Origin: Schmidtea nova
Taxonomy: Eukaryota
Assembly: GCA_044892505.1 (NCBI GenBank)
Contig: CM097883.1
Location: forward strand, 119,102,001 to 119,166,000
DNA: 64,000 bases
Direction of reading: 5' to 3'
The notes beneath the pieces were generated by a model. That model did not search any database. It was not told the DNA's origin and saw only the letters and a list, made by a program, of their open reading frames with translations. The number at the start of each line of letters is the position of its first letter. The first letter of the stretch is position 1. The position numbers and the translations under genes were made by a program. This document shows positions 53,735 through 64,000 of this stretch, one piece after another.

Positions 53735-56700
53735 ATGGATAGTACTAATTGTAATATCAAAAATCTTTTGGTGGAATTGGAATCCTTAAGATCTAAAGAG
53801 TCAATATATAAAGTATATAAAAAATATACATTAAATTTTTATTTATTAATTAAAATAAAGATGAAGGAAACCAACTTTTTACGGGATAAAGAAATACTCG
53901 AAGATTCAATAGGAAAGTTCCAAGCTGAACTACAGGAAAAATCAGAATTAATTCGTTCATTAAGACGTGATTTGGTAATTAACAATATCTTTCTAATAAT
54001 AATTTATATTCTTATCAATTTTTTAGAATACACAATCATCAAATCTTTTTAAAGATTTACAAATAAAAAACAATGAGGTTCATTTAGAATCACTTTTTAA
54101 CAATATTAGCATTTACAATTTAGCTTGAGAAAATGACACTGGAAAATGAAGATCTCAAGAAACAGTACGTAATTTCACAAGAAACAATTGATCATCAGGT
54201 TCAACGACTAGAAATGTTCCAGTCTGAAATGGATAAACAGTTGAAGATTTTCGAAAGAGAACTCGAATGCAAATCGAGACTTGCTGGATTTTATGAGGTA
54301 CTTTTAATTATTTGATTAATTAAATATTTTAATTGTTTTAGCAATTTTGGATTTTTTATTAATCCATTTTTAAACTTATCAATTGTTACATGAAATATTA
54401 TGCTTATTAATTAATATATTTTGCTATGTAATATACAATTTATTGGGGTTTCTATGTCTTTCTTGCTCAACTTTCAACAATAACTAGGGCCCAATTTATG
54501 TCATAAATTCGCCAAGATTAATTTTTACAACCCTATGGATTTAATTACATCGGTACTGACCTATTGTCACCAACTAATCAGGATAATTCTTTTAATTAAA
54601 TTGATCACTCACTAATAAATAAATAATTAGTAAATTTAGTTTAATTTAGCGATATTTAAATTATGTTGGTCCGTACTAATTGTTGCTATTTAAAATGATA
54701 ATTGTCAGACTTTGGACAGACGACAGAGCTTTTGATATACTGTTCAAAAAATACATAATACAAGAGCACATATTCATACAAACTTTGAAAAAACAATCAG
54801 AGTTATTGAATAAATGTTGAATATCAATAATTACACTTAATAATTACTATTTCTGTCATATTATTTCGATGGGTTAATATAAAAAATTGTTATATTCTTA
54901 GACTTTGGATCTAATTTAGCGAGTACTTCTAATTGACTCCCCTACATATTTTATTACGATTCAATTTTATCAATGTCTTTGTTTTCCTCTTTTCTATATT
55001 AAATTGTTCAATAAAATAATGTTACATAATTCTTTACCAACTATACTAACTATCTAATTCAGTCAAGCAACCAACAGAAAGACATCAAAATATCCGTAAT
55101 TACTGATGAAAATGAACATTACAAACATGAAATTAATGACTTGAAAGAACAGTTGAATAATTTAAAAGAAATAAATGAAGAGATGAGTAGAAACTATGAG
55201 GAATCATCAAATCAAATGAAGAATGATATAAATGATAAAGATCTCGAAATACATAGAATTAGAAATGAAATTCTCCAATTACAACAGAACGGAATATCCG
55301 AATTTCATTTGGAAAAAATGAATCCAGTCGCTGCCGCAACATTGAAAGTGTTTAAATCATCAAAAGGTTTAATGGAAATATATTCGGAATTGCATAGCAA
55401 AATCAGTGATGTCGATCGGTTGGAAATGGAAAAGAACAGATTGAAAAGAAATTACGATTCCCTCGAAACTGAATTGATCAATACAAAAATTTACGCAGAT
55501 AAATTAAAAAATGAATCCGATGAGACATCGAAAATTAATGAAAGCCTTAAAAGTCGATTATTAAGTCTCGTATCGGATTTAAGAACAACTCAATCGAAAC
55601 AAAGTGATCTCGAAAGACAGCTGATGGTCAGTAGAAAAAACTTGCAATCGAGTAACAGCGAAATCGAACGATTAAATGAACAAGTCAGCTTGTTTATTGT
55701 GATCGCAGAAAACGGCTCTCAGATTAAACAAGAAGCAGTAGATGCTGACAGTGGCTTGTATGCATCGGTGTCGGAATTACAGGAAATCAATCGGGCATTG
55801 AGACTCCACAATGAAGATTTGATAACTCAGTTGGAGTTGGGTGATTCGGAACAATATAAACGAAAATGTGAAGAACTCCAGAAATATGTCGATCAAACAA
55901 CCGATGAAATCAATCAACTGAGACAAGAAAATAGCGTCAATAAAAGTCAGATAGTACTCCATGAGAAACAAATCCAATTATTGCGTTATTTGATCGATCT
56001 TAAATCACCTGGATCATCATCGGCTATTGAGAATGGATTGAAACTGATTGAATCGGGTAATTTTGTCAATTTGGATTGTGATGATGAAATGGAACCGGAA
56101 TTGGTTAATTCATGTTTTGACAATGTGACAAAGGAGGAAAGTTCTGAACAGACTATTCTACAACAAGACGGCTTAATTAATGAATTTATTGACAATAAAC
56201 GCGCAAGTGATGAAGTTTACAAGTCTACAATCGAGCAAATGAGAATTCAATTAATGGAACTGTCAATGAAATCAAACGATCTGAGTGACAAGGTGAGTTT
56301 TGATCATTATATATAAAATTGAAAATTATAACATGCTTATAATATTTTGTATTTGAAAAAATGATAATCAATAAAAATAATTATGATAATCAATAAAAAT
56401 AATTATGATAATCAATAAAAATAATTATGATAATCAATAAAAATAATTATGATAATCAATAAAAAAATAATTATGTTAATCAATAAAAGATATGTTAATC
56501 AATAATCAATAATGTGTTAATCAATAATAAATAATTATGTTAATCAATAAAAAATAATTATGGTAATCAATAAAAAATATTTTTGTGATAGACATGGATA
56601 ATATTTTGTATAATTTCTTAATAATTTACATTTCAAATGAATTGATCGCAGGGAATTTCTTTTTTGATTTATTTTAATCAAATGACATCTGTTGTCCAGC

Positions 56701-59700
56701 TTCTATATAAATGATATATTATTGATTCCAATTGTAGCACTGTCTTTCTCAAGTGTTATTTATTTACTCTTTAAAAATTAAGATCTGGAATAAAATAACT
56801 TGTTTTAACCCTTTCGCAATGACTTTCATTTTGGACTTTAAACGAAAATATCATTACTGACTTAACAAATTTCTTTTGCATTCATTTATTATTACTTTAT
56901 AAAAACTATAGTACCTACCCCAATAATTACGTTTTCACTAATTGTATTCTAAAGCACCTCTTTGTGTACCAGCAGCTGCGAAAGGGTTAAAAATATTTAT
57001 TTCCTAATTAATATTTTTTTATTTTATAAATTCTCCAGCTAGAAAATGTTATTGAAAAATTGTCCAATGAAAAAGAAATGAATGAAAGATATCGCCAAGA
57101 AAGTGATCTTTTGAGATCCATCAACAAAAATCTTTTGTCGAATTCATCAAATTTGGAATCTGTTATTGAAGACCTAAAATTGAAACTTCAATCGAAAATC
57201 TCTTTACTTGCTGAAAGAAAGGCCAATTTAGACAGTTGCAAAAATTTACTGGATTTGGCCAAATCTGAAATTTTGCGATTGAAAATTGAACGGGATGATT
57301 CAATGAAAACAATTGATGTTCAGGAAAAGATATTTTCCAATATGTCCAGTTTGAAGGTTGACAATCATATTATTTTCATCTTTTCCTATAACGGCAATAA
57401 TCTAGAACGGTCTCGAGTTAGCTGACCATTTCAATAAAATCCAAGTTCGTAACAAAATCGAAAATTTGGACAAGTCATTGGAGAAAGCAATAAGCGATCT
57501 AAAAGAACGAGAAGAGAACATTGAGTTATTGAAAATTCAACTCGGCGAAAGCAGAGCATTGAATTTAATCAGAAGCTCTATTAGTTATTGTGATGTGAGC
57601 TGCCAGGGTGAAATATGGAATTTTTTAAAAAGCTAAATTAATTAATGGTATTCAGTTGATATTTCTTTATTTGAAGAATTCACAATCAGTGAAGAAATTA
57701 ATACAAAACCTGTCATTGACGAAGGAGCATTGATAAACTGCAGAAATCAAATCGCATCATTACAAACTCAATTGACTGGTGACAAATTAGAGTCGGACAA
57801 GAATATATTAGAGATGATGGGAGAAATGGAAAAATATAAGACGGAATTGCAAGAGTTAACAGAAAGTAATTATTGTTATAATTGTCGTGGAAATCATTTT
57901 GTGAAAATCAGAATGCGCATTCCTCGAGACTCAAATCAGCCTCCAAGAAAAGGCACGACAAGAAATACTCAGTGAAAACATCAAGATAACCGAAGAAGCT
58001 CACAAAATGGTATATTCCATCTGACTTATTCAATCAAATAATAATTTCAATCATTCAGAATGCCTCACTAAAGCAAGATCTCCATACCATCCAGGAAGAG
58101 CTGTCTGCTATGAAAATTCGACTAGAAGAAGCTGAGACGGTTGAAAGAACAGTGCAGGAAGTTATCGATAAATATATTAAAGAATCCAATGAAGCTAAAG
58201 CTAAATATAAGAGAGAACTAACTTTACATGCGGCCGATTCAAAGGTAAAATTTTTCTCTTTTTTATTCACTTTATTATGTTTAACTTTTGTCACAGCTTT
58301 TAGATGCAGCAAGAAAAGAAATCGATGCTCTGCAGTCGTTAGAGAAATCTTTTGAGGAAGAACGTTCAAATTTGAAATCAGAAGTGAAACAGTCGGAACA
58401 GTCTCGAAAGCAACAAATCGAAGAAATTCAAGCCCGGTACACGGATTTAGAAAGAAAGTTACAAGAATGTGAGAATAGAAATGAAAAACTATATGAGCAA
58501 TTAAAAGAAGTACGTTTAGTCTTCATTTTAATTTATTTTATTCATCTACTTATAATTATCAGTAGTAGATTTTCTAAGAAAATAGTTCAAATTATAATTA
58601 TATTACTTATGTTTATAGTAGAATAATATTCACTAAAATTACGTAAAATTAGACATGGATGGCGATGGGCTGACATTTGTATGCTTATATGATGCGGTAG
58701 TAGTAGGGTGCGTCCCCATCAGGCGCAACGCTTCTTTCAGCTTTGTTCTTTTTTCCCTCGTTTTTATATGAATTAATAAATTCCATTCATTGGTTGTGGA
58801 GTACATATAGCAGTCCGAATCGAAACTGACGAATTCCGGCAGATCTTCTTCATATTGTTTGCACAATTTTAATCGTCTTAATTTTATTTTAAATTACAAA
58901 AGTTACCTTTTGATCCTCTTTTGAAACGTTAATTTCCTTAGATTTCCACTATTTCTCTCGATCTAGGTCGTTATCTGACTTGGTCCTCAATTTATAAAAT
59001 GATATGGTTGGAACAACTTTTGCTCGTCTTAATTTTAATACATTACAATTACAAAAGTTTTCTCTGCNNNNNNNNNNNNNNNNNNNNNNNNNNNNNNNNN
59101 NNNNNNNNNNNNNNNNNNNNNNNNNNNNNNNNNNNNNNNNNNNNNNNNNNNNNNNNNNNNNNNNNNNNNNNNNNNNNNNNNNNNNNNNNNNNNNNNNNNN
59201 NNNNNNNNNNNNNNNNNNNNNNNNNNNNNNNNNNNNNNNNNNNNNNNNNNNNNNNNNNNNNNNNNNNNNNNNNNNNNNNNNNNNNNNNNNNNNNNNNNNN
59301 NNNNNNNNNNNNNNNNNNNNNNNNNNNNNNNNNNNNNNNNNNNNNNNNNNNNNNNNNNNNNNNNNNNNNNNNNNNNNNNNNNNNNNNNNNNNNNNNNNNN
59401 NNNNNNNNNNNNNNNNNNNNNNNNNNCAACGATTTATTTTCTATCTAATAATTCAATTAATTTTTTGCCGATTTTGATTACGACGGCTCACCAAATATGT
59501 TTGGATTTATAATACAACTTGGTATTATTATCTGACTACTCGTTCAACTACGTTCAACAGAATCAATAAACTTTGCCAAAAACACTTTTCTTTCGTTAGT
59601 GATAAGTCTTAAAAAGTGAAAACGTTTCTATAGGACTTGGGCATATCGTCATGACGATTTGAATATCTCATTGCGTTATCTGATCTTTGTTGTTCCTCAA

Positions 59701-62479
59701 TTTATAAAATAACAACTTTTACTCGTCTTAATTTTTTTATATCACAATTACAAAAGTTACCTTTTGTTTTTTATTTTCATCCTATTTTACTTTCTTGGCT
59801 CTTTTTATTTCCCCAGATTTTCCATATATATATTTTTATCTACAGTTTTTCTTAAAATAGTTTATTTTATGAGTGAAAATCTGATCGAAATAAAAAAAAT
59901 TGTCAATAATAATTTATTTATTTAGGTTAATAAAATGTTGTCAATTAAAAGTTAATCTACACAATTTGTAATTTTACAATAACTTATTTTTGAAAAAAAT
60001 TATAAAATTCGATTTTCAGATAAAATTGAAATAAAATAAATAATTTATTGAAATATCTAATTTATCAATTATTATTTATCAATTATAATTCTAGATCAAT
60101 AATCAGGGATCCAATTCAAGTTACATGGAAATAATTGAGTGATGATTGATAAAAATCTTTATAAAATCATATTTAACAAAGAATTTTAGGGATTTAAAAA
60201 ATCAAATCGACATAAAAAATATGTCAATGAATTTATCGGACGTGCAAAGGGAGCGATATGAAAATGAAATTTCTAGATTGCGAGAAGCATTAGCCGATTC
60301 AAATAAGGAATCAAAAGTCGCTATAGAAAGATTAAACAAGAGATTATCTGGCAATAATGTTTCTGTTACATTAGATCCGGAAGTCATTAGAGAAAGCAAT
60401 AGCGTACTACGACAACAGAAGGAACAATTGGAAAGGAACCTTATCAATACCAAATGTGAAGTAAGTTAAACGAAAGGCAGGAGGGTCAGTTATGATTCAC
60501 TCTCTTTTTAAGATTGAGGACTTGTCAGAACAAGTTTGTGGTCTCGAGGCTCGAATTGCGGATTTAACTGAGCAGAAAAATGTTTTAATTGAAAATAAAA
60601 GTGAATTAGTAGACGAGAAGAATCGCTGGAAAGAACGTTGCACTAAATTAGTTGAAAGGGCAGAACAAATGGATCCAGAACAATATAGGCTCGCTTGGTA
60701 ATTAGTTAATTAATTAATTAATTAATCATTTTCTTTAGCAATGATCGCGATAAATATCGAAAATTATCTCAAGAGTTGGAAAGTAATTTGAAAGAAACAA
60801 AAGATTCTACTAGAATAAAAACGGAGGAGCAAATGCAGAAAATAAGGGATCTGGAGAAGAATATGCAAATTGCGGAAGCAGATCGAAGGAAATTAGAAGA
60901 ACTGTCAGCCAGATTGAAACGAGAAGAAGGCATCATCGCTCAGTTGAAGGATATCGGGAGAAAGCATAAAGGAGAATCCGAGAAGCGCGGGCAATACATA
61001 TTGGAGTTGGAGAAGAAAATGTTGGAATTTCAGGAGCACTCGGAATCGTTTTTAAAGGAAAAAAGGAATTTGAGTGAGAAATTAAATGCGAAGGAATCTG
61101 AGTTGGAGTTGTTAAGGAAACAGCTGAAAGAATTAAGAACACGGTGTGATATTCTGGAAAAAGTCAACAAAAACAGAGAAAACACGATTGGGGAGCTCAA
61201 TGTCAACGTGGAACAATTAAAGTCTGATTTGTGTAGCATGAGGAGTAATCTGAAACGCCAAAGAAATGATTCCGAAGAATTGGATAATCAAAAAAGACAA
61301 AAGTTAAGCGAGGAAACTAAATCTCAATTTACTAATTGTGAAAGCCAAGAAAATGAGGAATTTGAAGAAATTTTGTTTGTAGATGAGAATATAAAGGAAG
61401 CAGAATATGAAGACGAAGAAAACGAAACAGAAACTGAAGAAGAAGAAGAAGAAGAAATGGAAAATGAATACAGAAGAATGGAAACAGAAAATGCTGATGA
61501 AGAAATAGTAAATGAAGTCGAATTTGAATGTGTGGAAAATGAAGTACAAATTGAAGAAGTAAATGAAGAAATAGAAGAAAATATTCAAGAAATAGAAGAA
61601 AATGTCGAAGAAATAGTAGAAAAGGTAGAAGAAACAGAAGAAAAGGTAGAAGAAATAGATGAAAATGTCGAAGAAATAAAAGAAAAGGTAAAAGAAACAG
61701 AAGAAAAGGTAGAAGAAACAGAAGAAAAGGTAGAAGAAATAGAAGAAAATGTCGAAGAAATAAAAGAAAAGGTAGAAGAAACAGAAGAAAAGGTAGAAGA
61801 AACAGAAGAAAAGGTAGAAGAAACAGAAGAAAAGGTAGAAGAAACAGAAGAACAGGAACAAATAATAGAAGTTGAAGAAAAGGAAGAAATTATAGAAAAA
61901 AGAAATTCGGGTGAAAAAGCATTTTTCGATGCTTGTTTTAATCAAGACAATAATGTTTTCGATGGAGAAGTCGAGAAAGATGAAATAGAAAATGAAAATG
62001 AAGAAGGAAAAGCAAATTTCGAAAACTTAACGGAAAATGAAAATATTATTGATAATGAAGATAAAAATGTAGAGGATGACAACGATTCGGAATTCAGTGA
62101 AGAAGAAGATGAAGACAATGAAAGTGTTGTTTTAATTGAAAGTGATTCTGACAGACAAGAAGAATTGGATAAAGAAGAGGAAGAGGATTGTGAGGCCATT
62201 GTGTTGGAGATAGAAAGCAGTTTGGAAAATATCGATAAAATGATTGAAGAAAGTCAAGAGACGATAGCTGAGAATGAAAACAATGACCTTCAGCAATCAA
62301 ATGCAAATGATGCGACAAACACCGATGTGTTGTGGAATGATAAACTAATCAATTTGGTAGTTGCTAGTAATCCCGTCATACCAGAAGTAACCAACACCCA
62401 GAATGAGGAACATAGACCGATAATGACCAGGAGTAGGCTCAGGCGGCAATTGAGGAGACCAAATCAGCCGACAGATTAA
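53735..62479 (+). CDS. TPR: Nucleoprotein TPR / Megator / Mlp1 orthologue, multi-exon (about 12-14 exons; exact structure not resolved, gap at 59068-59427)
   Basis: Long coiled coil with MNPVAAATLKV..GLMEIYS, SVSELQEINRAL, AKAKYKRELTLHAAD (TPR_MLP1_2 motif), NRWKERCTKL..DPEQYR and IAQLKDIGRKHK. Acidic disordered tail. GT-AG boundaries at ORF breaks. Confidence 0.9.
56362..56575. repeat. Intronic 22-bp minisatellite
   Basis: ATGATAATCAATAAAAATAATT, four near-perfect copies followed by several degenerate copies. Confidence 0.9.
56809..56986. mobile_element. piggyBac-type MITE in a TPR intron
   Basis: TTAA TSDs at 56805-08 and 56987-90. TIR CCCTTTCGC/GCGAAAGGG. Confidence 0.85.
61560..61855 (+). 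repeat. Coding 21-bp (7-aa, VEETEEK-type) tandem repeat in the TPR tail
   Basis: GAAGAAACAGAAGAAAAGGTA and variants repeat in frame about 13-14 times. Confidence 0.9.
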
Positions 62480-63349
62480 TATTTCATAGTATTTTGTGTT
62501 CAATAAAATGTATTATTTATTCACTAATGTTTTTGTTCATTAAAACTTTGTTATTGCTTTTCATTATAATATAAATTTGTCAGTTTAGAACGCTGGAAAT
62601 TATATTTACAGCATTGTGTTTGAAAAACAAGAGGATAAAGCAAATTCAAACATTTATTTATAACTTTCAAGGAAAACAAACTAGGAAAAAAGAGTTAAGC
62701 GAGTGTTGGGCTGGTAGAAGTGAAATTAAAATTTTGTTTTAATGCATCCAAAAATAGATTATCGCACACCCCCCCACCCTAGAAAATAGCACCACTGTCA
62801 CTATTTCGCGATACTTCAACTACCGTCTTAACCCGAAAATAACACCATGGTGTTATGTTTGAATATAAGATCACTCTGGTGTTTTTTTCAAGTATAACAC
62901 CATGGTGTTTTAAAATACTCTAATGTAATAACTTTTTTTTACATATTTTTAATATTAAAATAATAAAAAGTATTTCTTAAAATTTTATTATTATATATTC
63001 TTTTTTTTTATAAAATATCTTTTATAATTTTCAATTTTAAGTACTTTTAAAATTTTTCTTAATATAAGTTTTTAAGCTGTGTCCATTAAAGAAAATTGGA
63101 ACATTATAATAAAAAATGCAAATACTTAAACTTCATTTGAATATCTAGTATCAAATCCAATTCAAACTGTGGTAATGGTAGAAATTGATCAGTATTTTGG
63201 GATACATATGCTTGGTTAATTAGCATTATATTAATGTTTAAATATTAAATAAAAAACCATGGTGTTATAGTAGAGTAGGGGGAGCGCCCAAGAACAGGAA
63301 CAGGCCCCCCTCCCCCCTAAAATTTTTTTTACCCCCCCAAAAAAAATTT

Positions 63350-63953
63350 TTTTTGTTTAAATGAAGTGAATTTTTTAAATTTTTTATTTTGTTTAAATTA
63401 AGTGAATTTTTTATTTTGTTTAAATGAAGTCAATTTTTTAATTTTAATTTTTTGTTTAAATGAAGTCAATTTAATTTATTATTTNNNNNNNNNNNNNNNN
63501 NNNNNNNNNNNNNNNNNNNNNNNNNNNNNNNNNNNNNNNNNNNNNNNNNNNNNNNNNNNNNNNNNNNNNNNNNNNNNNNNNNNNNNNNNNNNNNNNNNNN
63601 NNNNNNNNNNNNNNNNNNTAATTTATATTTAATTTTTTATTTTTAATAATTTATTTTTATTAATTTATTTTTAATAATTTATATTTATTTATTTTAATTT
63701 ATATTTAATTTTAATTTATATTTATTTTTAATAATTTATTTTTATTAATTTATTTTTAATAATTTATATTTATTTTTAATAATTTATATTTATTTATTTA
63801 TTTTAATTAATAATTTATATTTATTTTTAATTTATTTTAATTAATATTTATTTTTAATTTATTTTTAATAATTTATTTAAATTTAAATTTATTTTTGGTT
63901 CAGTTTGAATAATAATAATAATAATAATAATAAAAACTTAGAAAAATTTTTAA

Positions 63954-63997
<44 letters not shown>

Positions 63998-64000
63998 CTT
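63350..64000. repeat. AT-rich minisatellite, low-complexity sequence and (AAT)n
   Basis: TTTTGTTTAAATGAAGT(G/C)AA repeats, pure A/T tracts and (AAT)n near the window end. Confidence 0.8.

Noticed and set aside
58639-58866. 75-aa minus-strand ORF in a TPR intron near locally duplicated sequence (58860-59050 and 59680-59770)
   Set aside because: Non-ATG start and no recognisable domain.
61304-62318. Long hydrophobic minus-strand ORFs
   Set aside because: Antisense of the GAA-rich TPR repeat.

Overview
AT-rich eukaryotic scaffold with 7 N-gaps, about 50-nt GT-AG introns and a heavy transposon load. It looks like an invertebrate animal, but the species cannot be determined from the sequence. 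Two host genes are recognisable. Mitochondrial EF-Ts (TSFM, +) has its last exon about 22 kb downstream, across a transposon-filled intron. The nuclear-basket nucleoporin TPR/Megator (+) spans 53.7-62.5 kb. An intronless orphan ORF lies tail-to-tail with TSFM. The rest is mostly mobile DNA: Ty3/gypsy elements, a nested 1-kb mini-LTR element, two hAT transposons, mariner, a Merlin fragment, MITEs, a foldback element, Penelope-like (PLE) remnants and a Maverick/Polinton-like end. The most unusual object is a stop-free 4.1-kb ORF (11796-15899, -) in a BEL/Pao-derived LTR element. It fuses in frame a HERC-type HECT N-lobe, a ubiquitin split by a mitochondrial HSP70 fragment, an intact ubiquitin ending LRGG, and a BEL/Pao Gag. 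Other highlights are a divergent intronless mini-TBP gene in the Maverick-like segment, five PLE-linked minimal hammerhead-ribozyme motifs with a U3-A8 core (two forming a palindrome), and an in-frame UGA at a conserved Cys of the PLE endonuclease. All protein identifications are by-eye motif recognition; no database search was run. The ORF track uses GTG/TTG starts, so several listed starts are not ATGs.
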